The translations under genes and the position numbers were made by a program. From the NCBI GenBank assembly GCA_002256025.1, contig NKIB01006909.1, positions 1-64,000 of the forward strand: a stretch of DNA of 64,000 nucleotides. The letters are read 5' to 3'. Source of the DNA: Asterionella formosa (lineage: Eukaryota). Positions 36,186 through 50,142 of this stretch are shown piece by piece. The notes beneath the pieces are model-generated. The model did no database searches, was not told where the DNA came from, and saw only the letters and a program-made list of their open reading frames with translations. Positions within the stretch are counted from its first letter, which is position 1; every line of letters begins with the position of its first letter.

Positions 36186-37478
36186 ATCTGTTTTGTGTAG
36201 TTGTTCTGGTTTTCAAAAGTAAACTACCCCTTAGGAGTACCTTACCCACCCTGTGTAAATAATCCTTTTTAGAGTACCTAAGCTGCCCAAAATAATCTAG
36301 TAAAATTTCAAATTTTACTCCAGATAGTACTCTCGAGAAAAGTATACATCATGTGTGTGTCATGCATGCTGAACCACTTCAGCCATTACAAAAAACGTTA
36401 TGAATTGTTCATAACTCAGATAAAAACAGCTGTTTGAGAAACAATATATAGCTGGTAGAACTGAACATGACAATAAACAAATACTACGAACGTTCCTGTG
36501 AGAATGTTGGGGGGAGGAGAAGTGATCTCCAGGTAGTGTTGCCACCATCTTCAGCGTCTGTACCGCGTACCCGGTACCTGGTACATTGTACCACCTTGGT
36601 TGGCATGCCGCACTGGTAACAACCGTGTGTCGCCTTCTTTTCTTCGAGTACCCCAGGTGTGTCAACTTTTTCCATCCTTCTTAGCTTGTGGTACGTGGCT
36701 GCGGGAATTGATATGAAAAATGTGGGTGTATCGAATGGCCGCCTAAAAATACGATGGATTGACCGACCGGCTTACTACCGTAGGTACTCCAGAGTCCGGA
36801 GTACTGAGTACCAGGGGACCGGTACTCAGTATTGTTAGGGAGTTTGCTCTATTCAGTGTATCTTCTATGAAGCAGGAGACTTTACCGTTAACTATGGTTA
36901 TCGAACCGAACATTGGAGTACCTGATACCAGGAACCAGGTACGGTAACTTCGATCACCAGGGCCTGTGCTGTACCAGTTAGCACTAAGGAGCAGTATGAG
37001 CAACGTTCCCACTCGCCCACAAGACTGGCTTGTTCGATGACCGTTTTAGCTTGAATGTAATGCTTACGTATCTGAATATGTTAATGAGAAGTTTTCCCCG
37101 AGTAAAATTTACATAAGGGATTTGAAAGTCCTAAATATTGTGTCCCCTATCTTTGCAACTTTGTCTTTCCTATGTCTCCCTGCAACTCCGTTCATCAACG
37201 CCTACGAACTGGAATGATTGTATATCACCGACTGGCTCGTTTACGCATCTCTGGACAAGATTACGCCAGCCTGGCTCCAATACAAGCACATGCAATTTTA
37301 CCTTTCCATTACTCTTTCCGGTCGAACCAACTCAACCCTCAACTCCTCACCTGAATCTGTCCCATAGTCTACCTGTACCTTCGTTACAGGAAAGTCTAGG
37401 TTTCTTAAACTCCACGGTCTTCACGTCCATGCTCGCGCTTCAATCGCTGTTCGAATAGAAACGTCAAGTGAGAACATA

Positions 37479-38759
37479 ATGGCCAACAAAGACGGAACCG
37501 AAACGTTGACGTCAATAGGAACGAAGTTTCAAGGCATGTGGTCGGCTATCAGAACAATGAGTACTGCCTGGGAGGATCAAAATGCCACTGGGACTCAGTT
37601 AACGAAATGGAAAAAGGCAGTGGAAGTTGATTTGGAAACAGCCTACAATACTGTCTTTGGCAAATGTACAACCGGGGATTCTGCGTCGGTACACACTGCT
37701 GCTGGTCAAAGCTACACGCAGTCGCGAGAATGTGAACGCGTCGTACCTGCTTCACCTTCCAGAGTAAAAGAAGAGTACTTTTACTCGCAATTCCTTCAGG
37801 ATGAACGCCAGCGGGCTGTTCAAGCGGTCAACCATCTTCAGAAGACTAAGCCACACAACAGTGCTTCCACCAGCACGCCTGATCGGTCGATTCCTAAACC
37901 ATTTCCTGTGTCTTCGCCCTCCAACAAAGTCACGAATTCATTTGTCGTTCCCTCTTCTGTTACTCAACCAACTTCCTCATCCCCCGTGAAGGCACCCGTT
38001 GTCTCGAACATGTCGTTTGACGACGGGATTTCCGCCATTTCTGCGCATACATTGGACGAAATGGTGAGGCTCTCGGATGTTGCCAAATCTCAACGACTCG
38101 GCCCTGTCCGGTCAGACCTGACTTCGGAGGACTTTGCTCTTGGAAGCATGTCCCACGAGGAATCGGCACTATTTCCTGTCCTCACGCCCCGGCGCGAGGG
38201 TCCCGAGACGACGAACCACTTATCTCCCCATGGTCTATCCAAGCGTCGCTCCTTTGGGACTCATGCCAGTCAGCGCAGCAAGGGGAATCGATCCATGCAG
38301 ACCAAATCGACGCAGTCTACTCAGTCATCTCATTTTGAATCTCTTTGGCGAAAGGACGAGCAAAGGTATTGGGAAAACGCTGTTGATGAAGGCGACCATG
38401 ACCCTAATGACATGATTCCCCAAGCTAACCATCTTCGGGTGCGAAGTCGAGAGTCAGTAAGTTCGATCTATTTTACATATTGCTGGTGTTATGGACTGAC
38501 TTCACGTTTACAATTTGCTGACCACAATATTCGTTTTCTCTCAATCCTCATAAAGCACTGTCAAAAGATGTACCGCAATGACGGAACCATTACAACTACC
38601 AGCTCTTCCGCTCATTCATCGCTTTCAAGGCAGCACCCACACGACACATTTCCAGTTTATGCTGGTGATTTTGTCACCAGAAAATCTGGTTATCTAGACC
38701 CCGATCGCATCGAGCATTTCTTGATTCTTGAGGACGATACGGAAATCGGCGAAATATGA
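37479..38759 (+). CDS. Ser-rich hypothetical protein; probable in-frame intron starting at 38457
   Basis: 426-aa ORF starting with ATG; GTAAGT at 38457, CTGAC near 38518, AG acceptors at 38555 or 38567. Confidence 0.75.
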   Translation: MANKDGTETLTSIGTKFQGMWSAIRTMSTAWEDQNATGTQLTKWKKAVEVDLETAYNTVFGKCTTGDSASVHTAAGQSYTQSRECERVVPASPSRVKEEYFYSQFLQDERQRAVQAVNHLQKTKPHNSASTSTPDRSIPKPFPVSSPSNKVTNSFVVPSSVTQPTSSSPVKAPVVSNMSFDDGISAISAHTLDEMVRLSDVAKSQRLGPVRSDLTSEDFALGSMSHEESALFPVLTPRREGPETTNHLSPHGLSKRRSFGTHASQRSKGNRSMQTKSTQSTQSSHFESLWRKDEQRYWENAVDEGDHDPNDMIPQANHLRVRSRESVSSIYFTYCWCYGLTSRLQFADHNIRFLSILIKHCQKMYRNDGTITTTSSSAHSSLSRQHPHDTFPVYAGDFVTRKSGYLDPDRIEHFLILEDDTEIGEI

Positions 38760-41700
38760 TGATCTCATGATTGAATGTTCATGTGCAAGTCTTTATATTT
38801 ATTGTATCGTTGAAGTTCAACGATGGACTCCCAACGCTTTCTACCCTGCCCATTGCGGCATTTGTTCACGCCTTGTTACACTGTAGAGTTGTAGTCTTGT
38901 TCATTTCAAGTTAACTGCTTTGTGTGAGATTCCCATCTTTTTATGTTAGGGTACCTGTTCCAGTAGTCTATCTGTATGATGTTTTGTATAACATGATATT
39001 TGCATGAACCGCAGGATGACTTTCGTTGAATCGTTATTACGAACCTGGATTTGCTTACCCGGTAGACTTGAATAGGTATGTAGAGTACTAAACACTAAAC
39101 CGTACTTTAGATATACATTTGCGGTCGCACCACATGAAGCAACGGTCGGATTTTGGTCGGCATGGAGGAAGGTTGCGGGATCATCTTTTTTTTTTTCAAA
39201 GTACCGGTATCGCTACCGGTATGAAATCGATCTCATCGGCTTTCACGACTCGTCGAACTCAACTGTACCGTAGCTAGCTAGCTGAGCGGGGTTCCAGGTA
39301 CTTACCAGGTAGAAACTGCTAGCTAGTTTGAACCTCCATTTCACCACATTCGATAGATTAATACGACTAAACACTGACATACCGGTACCGGTATTCATTT
39401 CAATAATTGCAGATTTTGCTCCAGATATTCACGAGAGAGAGAGGATTACGATTGGACAAATGATTCAAGCTGATTAACAGAAGATAAGATTGTTTATAAT
39501 GATATATTTATCCATTATAGAGGGTTCAAAGCAGAATATAAAAATCTCTCAACACCATAGAAATAATTTATGTCCAACAGGGAAGACAGATAAAAAAGTT
39601 TCCTAATGAATATTCACCATCAATTACTGCTACATACTGCTACTCCATCTGTCCAATATTAGTTGCACTGATGATTCAAATTTAACCGAGGCCAGTTCGA
39701 CTCCTACAAGTTTCTCCGGCTCAATTACCCAATTGTGTGGCTTGCTCCAAGCTATGGATCCATGTATATATGTAGTAGTAAATTAAAAATTGGCAACCAC
39801 ATATCAAAAACAAGTTTTTGGATTTTTTCGATTTTCACTTGTGGCGATCTTGAGCAAAATACAGATGCATGAGTACCCGTTTTTCTTCAAACCATCTTTT
39901 CTCAACATACATACAAAGTACGATATAACAGTAGCACAAATGCAACTTGCGTTCAATTATGAAATGCGCAACCCCAAAGTGGCAATGATGGGAAGGAAGA
40001 GCTCATTTTGAGGATTGTAACCATTAAATATCTGGCAGCATGGTCCATGTAGGTGCAAAAACTGTAGAAAGTGTACTGAACAACAATTATTCTATTCATC
40101 ATGCTATAATTATTATAGTGGCTTGTTGTAGTATTCGGTTTTCCGCAAATTTAACACAGCATCTGGTGATATGTACATGTAGGCAATGAATATACATATG
40201 TTGAATTGGTTTCGTTTAGATGCTATTCATTTTATTACAGAAACAGAATATATGTTCACATCTATGTAACTCAGCCATGATGAAAAAGGCATTTTTTCGA
40301 GTACACCGACTCTCACGTAGAAAGATGGTATGTTGGCTACGTAATCATTCATATGCAAACGGTTAAGACACTAGAAGTGCAGGCAAATCGATGCAACTAA
40401 TATTGGACAGAGGGAGTATACATACTAGACTTGGTATGGGTATGATAAATACTATTGTGCTAAATAAAAGTGTGTGCAATCTAAATAAACATATGATAAT
40501 GAGCTTACTATAGCCATTATTTTAACTGGTACCAGTACTAGGGATCTTGATTATTTAAATTCGTCAAAAGTATTGAATTTCTGGCAAGCATTTATTGAGA
40601 ACCCTCCCTGTAACCACAGAATGCATCCCTGAAAATGCTTACCAGAAATTCTGTACTTTTGACGAAGTTACATTTTCATAAAAACAACGATTCTTGTGGT
40701 CATTGCACCTGAAATCAGTACTAAAGAAGCCCAATGAAGCCGCATAGTCTGTGCCAATATTAAATCATTGCAATTTAGCAGTTAAAATGTGATGTGATTT
40801 TTGATATTCACCAATCATTTTTAATAACATGACTTGGCAGTCAAATGCATCGTACTCCAGGAGGAAGTGATTAAAAAATGTGCATGAAAGGTCGTAATTA
40901 CTCTCGAGAGTCATTAAAAAGACAATACTGTCTGTTTCAGACGGTATTTGCTGCCTCAAAGTCAGAGAATAATTAGGAAGCTGAGCGAAATAAAGCTTGA
41001 AGTGCAGATGCTGATGGATCATATTGCTTACCACAACTGCACTTCTGTGCAGACCTTGTAGTGACAAAGGCTTGTAGTAGTGATCATGCCTGTACACAAG
41101 AAAAAGAAAACGAGCATAAAAAGGAGTTACCACAGTGTCGTTTGTGTCATAGCCTAGTCGATGTGTGTGCAAGAAACTCGTGCATCCAAGGCTTTGCTTG
41201 AACAAAAATATAGCTAGTCATGTCTGACATGTGAAGACGATGATGATGTCCTTTGTGCCAGAATCAGAATCGAGGCTCACCATGACCGATATAGTATCGA
41301 ATCTGTTGGTGTGCATTTCTCAATGAAGAGCAAACCAGACATCACATACCCCACAGATTCAAGAAAGGTGTGGAAACATTCATGATAGCTATTGATGTCT
41401 TGTTTTGGCTTTGTAAGAACACATGGTACAAATTGTTAGTCGTCATAAATACAAACAAACTAGTTTTATAGGACTTAGCTTACCATAGATCCTTCCAAAC
41501 CAGGAACAAGCAAGTGAAGTTTTCAAATTGGAATCAACTCAGTAAGTTAAGCCTTGCAGTTGATTTGACCTGTTTTTGCTGATTATTTTCCTTTGGAATC
41601 CCTGGCTTCCCCAACATGATGGGAAACAACGCCAATGTCACAGATCTTTTTGAGTTCTGGTATTTCACATAAACAATGTTTACCAATCGGCAGCAACACT

Positions 41701-42340
41701 CAGTCTAAATAAAATGCAGAAATTTATCAAAACGCCATGATGCTGATGCATTTATTCATGGAGTGGTATCATCAAATTCATGATTGACAGGTACCCTAAT
41801 GGAACAACAAACTAATTCTGATGAATTGTCTTGCAACATGGCATGCTTTCTCAGAATGTTTATCAGAAAAATCAAGAATTTATCAGCCCTACAGAAATGA
41901 TTCTAACAAAATACGAAGAAATACTGTGATAACAGTCACAATTCTACAGTATATTGATCTGTTGGATTCATTAATCATGAGACACTAACATCCCATAACC
42001 GGCTTGACATGCTAGATTGCCTACAATCAAACACACATGGGGATTATGACAAAGAACAAATAGATAAAGTACTAGCCTACATAGCAATAATTCGAGTCCA
42101 GTATGGGAGATGAGCTGTTTCAAATCACTCCTACTTCAAAAATTAATTTCTTAGGCATTAAATGGTCGACAAAATATGTTCAATGTGTATGTACAATTCT
42201 TGAGATCATACCAAAAGCCAATTCCAGCATAAACAGTCCATTGTACTGATTGAAATATAAAGTAAATAATGGCAAATGTGCGAGAAAGATACTTACCTAG
42301 AGCGGGGCCTTGCAGTGATCATGTCAAACAATAAGGTTCC

Positions 42341-43808
42341 TTAAAGTTGAGACGAGGCAACGACAATACCACTGACAATGGATTCCACAGGTGCCCCCTG
42401 GAACGAAATTTGATAAATAGTCTTGAATAATGGAAACCCATTGAGTAAGCCACGAGATTCGAGAATGGTGTAGACTTCTTTGGAGGTAAGGGTACCCTGG
42501 AGCTTCTGGCCGTTAAGGAGATTTGCTTCAATTTGCAACCACTTCCTCTCGCACTTAGCGTCTTCGCATGCGAAGTCGATCTCGTCATATCCAGACTGAG
42601 ATGATTCCTCTTCCTTCTTTTCCTCACACATGCCAATGACACTAGCCGCACGCGCTCGAGCAAATGCTTCAGCGCATTTGCGGTTGCGACCAGCGTAACA
42701 GGTGGTAATTAGATCAGCCATACCGCAGCTCTGAGTGAACGTATCATTTTCAATCCCATCAAAGAACAAATGGCAGAACTTTGACATCTCACGAAGCCCC
42801 ACTCTAAGAAGTGCAGCTTTGGTGTTACTTCCAAGACCTTCGATTCCGTCAACGAAACCAGCTCCTAGAGCAACGACATTTTTAAGGGCGCCGCATGCTT
42901 CAGCTCCGGCAACATCTGAAATGTGCTGCACATGGAAATTTGGCGGGCTATCAAAGACAAGTCGAGTAAGCTCGTCCGCTGGTGAGCCAAAGTCCGAAGC
43001 CAATGTGGACTCGCACATTTGCCCTGCTGCAACTTCGTCTGCAACGTTTGCTCCCATCAAGACTCCGCATTGAAAGTCTGGCCCCATGGCGGCCTCAATA
43101 GTTTTGGAGATCAAGACTGGACTTTTCGTGTCGGCATCAAAGTCTGCAAGAAATAGAACAAGACCGGGTTGGTACGAAGTTTGAGACGATTTTCTGAACG
43201 AATATTTTGAAGGATGAGGACTCCAAAAAATAAACCTCTCGTGTTGGGGAGGGGAGTGCGAGTTGTCAGTATGAACGGCGGACCCGTGGAATTCTACGTG
43301 AAAAAATTCCGAATTCTTTCCCTCGCACCCAGCTGCTAAATGAGTTCTCTGATCAACCAACAGCATGATCAGGCAACACAGGAGAAACGCTCGACTTACC
43401 CAGGCCTTTTATGAGGCTAACCCCTCGACAAGATGGGTGTGCCGCAGCTCTGATGGTGGGGAGAAGTCTTGGTAAGAACTGGTGTGGCAAGACAAAAATT
43501 AACAGAGTAGCACCTTCGCATGCTTCGGCAAGATCAGGAACGGCCACAACATTGGAAGGGAGGCGGATACCGGGAAGGTACTTTGTGTTTTCGTGACGTG
43601 AGTTGATAATGTCGGTGAGCTTCATCATAGATCCTTCCTCAATCTCAATCATTTCTTCGAATACCCACATATTGACTTGGGAGTCGCAGTTTTGGAGGCG
43701 CTCACAGTTTCGGCCGACAAGTGTGGCGATAGCTGAGCCCCAGTTGCCACTGCCGACAATGCATACCTTTTCTGTTTGATCAGCGCTGTTTTGAGGGTTG
43801 GAATCCAT
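42341..43808 (-). CDS. GPD1: NAD-dependent glycerol-3-phosphate dehydrogenase; exons 43808-43400 and 43143-42341
   Basis: [58 protein letters not shown] and GQKLQG; GT-AG intron 43144-43399 in frame. Confidence 0.95.
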
Positions 43809-44473
43809 TTTGTTTTCGCCTTCAAGTGATGAGTTGAGTGTGAGGTCTGCTCGGAATGTCGATGGACGGGTTCGTTCTCGGATTACGGCTGCTGGCACAG
43901 GAGAAGGGTGCGAAGAAGCTTGCAAGATACTTGGACTGTGAAGGAAAAGTAACACGAGTGAGACGCTTATGGACCTGATTTTGGCTGGGGTATTACGGGC
44001 CAGAAGGTAATTCCTAAAAGAATAAAAAGAAGTGAGTGAATTTGGAGGAAAGACAGAACAAGTCGGATGGGGAAAATTCGGGAACAAGAATTCGGGCGCA
44101 TACGCAAGCACATTTGGTATAATGTGTATCGACAGCGTGCACAAGTGCAACGACGAGGTGAGCAAAGGAGCACAACGTTTACACGTAGTACCGTACATCC
44201 GTAGAAATTATTCAAGCGAGCATGCTAGGCAGGTAAGAAAACAGATGTGCGCACAGTACACTGCTGTTAACAAAATAAATAAGAATACTGGTGCGTGCGT
44301 ATGTAGAAGGAGAGGAACCACTCTACAACATAGTCCACCTAGCCGTCTGTCAATACACTCTTTAGCGATGACCGCCGCTCGACCGATGCCAACACAGCGG
44401 CACAAAGCAATTACAACGTTTGTTGTATGATTCCCTTGATTGTCGATTTCTTCAATTCAATCATCGCTTCATC

Positions 44474-44835
44474 ATGCCATGGCAAGTCGTACCATCCTAT
44501 GCCATCATCATTGGCATGTTTAATTTGACTGCCTTTGGGTTGTGGGGATCGCATCGTTTGGCGACAGGCAAGGTTTGTGGCAAATTATTTTTCGACACCG
44601 TGTCTGTTCGTCGTCCGTCATTTCGCCTCTATTCAACTAACCATGTTGTGTACCTGTTTCCCTGCTCCCTATCAAACAGGACCAAGTAGTTTCTCATGAT
44701 GAATGGTCGTACAACATGGAATTGAGGGATGAACGAATTTATCTCTATCGTAAATGGATGGCAGACCCTGATAACAAAAAGTTGATTCGAAAGCTTGAAG
44801 AGAAGGCAACAGTGAAGCGTCGTCATATGGTCTAG
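44474..44835 (+). CDS. NDUFA1: Complex I accessory subunit NDUFA1 (MWFE)-like, 84 aa; exons 44474-44572 and 44680-44835
   Basis: Spliced product MPWQVVPSYAIIIGMF...GK/DQVVSHDEWSYNMELRDERI fits one TM helix plus DxW...MxxRDxR; intron has CTAAC. Confidence 0.8.
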
Positions 44836-45878
44836 CATTTTAATAAAACACTCAACAAGAAGCATTTAGCATAATGACAACAGGATTCTATTCTAGTAAT
44901 TTATTCAGGAAGAGTAGAACAAGTTGCCTCCTAAGCTTTTCATATGATGAAAATACCTTAGTCATCAGAAACTCTGGTGTAATGCATCTGACTTTGCATG
45001 AGGCTAGGTGACTTTACTGCATTCTCTGTGTCAGCCAGCTTGAAAATGGCAAAACCAGCTGTCAGGAATGTAGTGGTAGTTGGGTGAGTTGCCATGTACC
45101 AGTAGATAGCTTGGAAGAATAGAATTTAACAAGCTACATTGCACAGTACTGTTACTAGTAGAAAGGCAAAAGCCTCCAGGAGCTTCCATAAAGTTAAAGA
45201 TACTTGCTGCATAACTATTCCAGAGGTTCTATCAGGTTATGTAGCCATAGAATGCCATAGCTGGGTTAGAAGGGCTTCCTGCCTGGGCAGCAGGGGGTGG
45301 GGGTAGTTTTGGAAGAGAATTGGTCTGTCATGCAATGCTAACTGAAATTCAATGATCAATCGAAATTCCTGTTCTTGAGAAGGAGAATCTCTCCTTCATG
45401 AAATGTAATCGATATAGCTTCTATAAATATAGAGATTCTAGATTGACTTGCGCATTAGCTGTTTCTTGATTTGCAACAAAGGCATCTTCATGACCTTTAA
45501 TTCTGCATGTGATTTGTTGTAAGCAAACAGCAAGCAATTCACATGGTGAATACCATGGTGAGTCGGAGGTTCAACAATCAAGACACAAGGGACCTAAACA
45601 AAATCTGCTAAATTAGTCGACTAAAGGATAAAAATGTAAACTAAAATAATCGCTTCTCTAAACAAAAAAGCTACATGACGTTCCAGTTCTGACATACCGG
45701 TACATGTTAGGCCGCCGCTAGGGGATCAAAAATGTCGATATAAGATCCATGATTTTCCAGCTCGTTTTTGCTGCAGCTGATGAAGATTATGTTTGACACA
45801 ATTATCATACTAGCTATGAATGTGCAATAAATAAATGACGAACAATCGTTTGCGCTATGCGAAAGGACCTTGAATAGC

Positions 45879-46985
45879 ATGTCGAAGCAAGTCCAGGTCT
45901 TTCTCATCCCATCCCACGGCGCCAAACCCGAATTCCTTGCTGTATTAGAACCATCCGACAAGGATGGCGGCATTGACGAATGGGACGAGCTCCCTTCCAA
46001 GATCAATTTAGAGGGCTATACACGAGACTCCTGGGCCTGGAAGCCTCATGTTGCATGGAAGTCTCAGAAATGCGTTAGCGTGGATGGGAAAAACAAGCTA
46101 GTGGGCTTTGTTAAGTATTTAAAAGAGAGACAAAAGAGTGCCTTTGGGAGGTATTCGCCAACGTCCTGCATGGTTATTACGTATATTCAAAAAGATGCAT
46201 CGGAAATCAATGTCAAGTTCACCAGCGAATTGTCCATGATTCGTGATTGTCCATTGGTAGTAAAAAAAGCCAAAACATCAGTATCGGAAGAAACTAAGGT
46301 TCCACCCAAAAAGCAGACTGCGCCAATCAAATCAGGTCTCCTTGGGAATCTGCTTGGAGCTCAAAAACGCACCAATCATCACCTCCAAGTTGTTCCTGCC
46401 AAAAAGGCACAGGCGTCTACAACTCAAAGGACGGCAACACAAGTTTTTGCTGAATTCCGCGCAAAGATGGAACAAGCCATGCTTGATTTTGACCTGTCGT
46501 CTGAAGTCGAGCTTTTCATAAAGGTCAATCTGGCCGACATCCATGCGGGTCTTTCCCAGGATGCTAAAGAAAAAGTTACAATGGAAACGCTTGTTTTCAT
46601 GGTGTACGAGCAGGCGGAAGAAGTAAATGAAGAGTGGATTGCTAACAAGGAGCAAGGAGAATTTATTGATGATGTAACTATTGCTGTTTATAAGGAGGGA
46701 CATGCACCGGAAGATGTACTGGAAGCAGTGAACAAAGTGGAGTTGACTGAAGAAATGAGGGGCCAACAAATGGCCATGCAGCAAGCGAGACAAAAACAAG
46801 TGACAAAGGAAGAGAGACACACTGCATCCATGCAGAAGGAAAAATTAAAACAGGAGCACAATGAAGACGAAGACTTTTCAACGTTGAATACAAGAAAAAG
46901 GGATCGACGAACAATTGAAGAAATCCAGCGAGATATGGGTAGCAATGGAGAAGGGCCGAAGAAGCAGAATTGCCAAGGGGATTAA
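45879..46985 (+). CDS. Hypothetical protein; C-terminal part SPAG7-like, N-terminal part possibly SPOC-like
   Basis: GLLGNLLG, EFRAKMEQAMLDF, VYKEGHAP and KRDRRTIEE occur in the order of the SPAG7 blocks as I recall them; first ATG at 45879. Confidence 0.65.
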   Translation: MSKQVQVFLIPSHGAKPEFLAVLEPSDKDGGIDEWDELPSKINLEGYTRDSWAWKPHVAWKSQKCVSVDGKNKLVGFVKYLKERQKSAFGRYSPTSCMVITYIQKDASEINVKFTSELSMIRDCPLVVKKAKTSVSEETKVPPKKQTAPIKSGLLGNLLGAQKRTNHHLQVVPAKKAQASTTQRTATQVFAEFRAKMEQAMLDFDLSSEVELFIKVNLADIHAGLSQDAKEKVTMETLVFMVYEQAEEVNEEWIANKEQGEFIDDVTIAVYKEGHAPEDVLEAVNKVELTEEMRGQQMAMQQARQKQVTKEERHTASMQKEKLKQEHNEDEDFSTLNTRKRDRRTIEEIQRDMGSNGEGPKKQNCQGD

Positions 46986-48009
46986 TGAACAAGGTCAGCC
47001 TAGACTGTTTCAGAGTAGTACTTAGGCATAGTACTGTCTAGGCAAGAAACAGTATACGAGATATGTCAGGTGCATTATTTCCTAGCAGCACAAGTTCTCG
47101 TTTCCGCCAGGTCGCATCAAGTATGATGTACAAAAATTCGTTGAATGTAATCAGCCCGGAAATGAGATCTTAATTCCTGAAATGGATGATTTAGTAAAAT
47201 TCTTCGTTGGCACTTCTAGAAATGTGGAAGAATGGAATTCATGGCTTATACTGTTTACCGTGGCCGTTCATTAACAAAGGATGAAACAGCTTCTTTCGCC
47301 GTCGATCTTGTGGAACGTAGAAGAATACATATAGATTCAGCTGATACTACGTACTTAACAGAGGAAGTAATCAATCATGTATACACATTTGGTCAACTCT
47401 AGCAGCCGGGAGGAAACGGCCCACCTGATCAAGGCTGCAAGCATACTGCAGAACAACAACATCAATCAATCTTAACTGCAGCAACATGAGTTTGATTCCA
47501 AATTCCAGATGCATATCTTTATATAACTATATACTAGTTTAATGCCGGTAGTCTATAGTGTTCCATAGATGAGTTGCTCAAGTAGTACTTCATCATATAG
47601 GTATGTTATTGTTCTCCAAGCCGACACAAGTGATTGTACTGGTTTGAGTGCTCCGTTGTTGAGAGCAGTCAAAAGTAATAATTTATACCGGTATTTATAT
47701 TCAATATGACCCCGCTAATATTATGTTACTTATTACCGGTACACAGTTTTGCTCATGTTATTTGACATCGATGACGTACATGATGTACAGACGACCTGCG
47801 GTATACCAGGGTATTATGATATAATGATTCAACAAACATCGCACGGCGACCAATAATATACCTACCGATATGTTGGCATCTTACCACTTGCCTTTGGAAT
47901 CTCAACAAATATCCCAGTGTACCTGTTAGTCTATCGACAGTTCTTCATTCCATTCCATTACCTTTCCCTTCTCACTTTGTCGATAACTGGCGAATCTCCT
48001 GTTACTGGC

Positions 48010-49321
<1,312 letters not shown>

Positions 49322-49896
49322 CAGGGCTAGCTAGAACGCATCATGCATGAACCATACTACTACTAGTATAGTACCCACAAATGCGTAACAAACTCATAGA
49401 CCCGAAGCAATAAATGAATCGGCTCTCATTTGCTTGCTAGAGCAATCACAAAAACAGATTCGAGATAGGTTGTTTCATAAATAATCAATATTCCAAAGTA
49501 CTATGTGGACTAGGAGAAAAAATCACTTCGAATTTCGGAGGATAGCAAGAGTAAATACTACAGGAATGCAGCACACTGTCTTCTTTCTTGTCCTTGAAAT
49601 GCATTGTTAATTGACATGCAAAAATTTTCATAGCAACAGCTGGTCAGTAAATCATATAATAGAACTAGCTACAACAGAAAGCAACATACACACATGCGCC
49701 ATTCAACTGTTCCAGCACGGAGCCATTTAATTGACAATAAATACCAACGTCAGCCAGGCAGCACCACAACTCACTCATGCATTCAGAAGATTGCTCATGT
49801 TCTGAAATGGGCTACAAAAATGTCAGATAATTATAGATAACAATACCAGATCAGTGTGAGTTATCACTCCCTCTCTGATATGATGACAAAAACTAA

Positions 49897-50142
49897 AAAT
49901 TAATCTTACCTTAAAAGACTCCATTGCAGGTCTCCATGTTGCATCATTTCACATTCTTCTCACTCGTGCTTTTAAAGAAACACCCCTTTACTGAATAGCC
50001 TGTTCAAATGTGAAATGAAGAATGTAGAGAACAACAGTATGAGATGATACTATTGCTCACTTGGTGATCTTATAAAAAAGCAAGCAAATTAATCTTACCT
50101 TAAAAGCATGCAATGCAGATCTCAATGATGCATCATTCCATC
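49897..50142. repeat. Diverged ~55-bp direct repeat with 189-bp period
   Basis: AAATTAATCTTACCTTAAAAG at 49897 and 50086, each followed by a similar TGCAG.TCTC.ATG.TGCATCATT. Confidence 0.75.

Noticed and set aside
39694..39704. B-box-like AGTTCGACTCC as another tRNA or SINE
   Set aside because: No matching A box, TSD or homology to the SINE body
43809..44198. N-terminal extension of GPD shown in the ORF track
   Set aside because: Begins in promoter-like sequence with no homology; the conserved domain starts just after the ATG at 43808. A longer targeted isoform is not excluded
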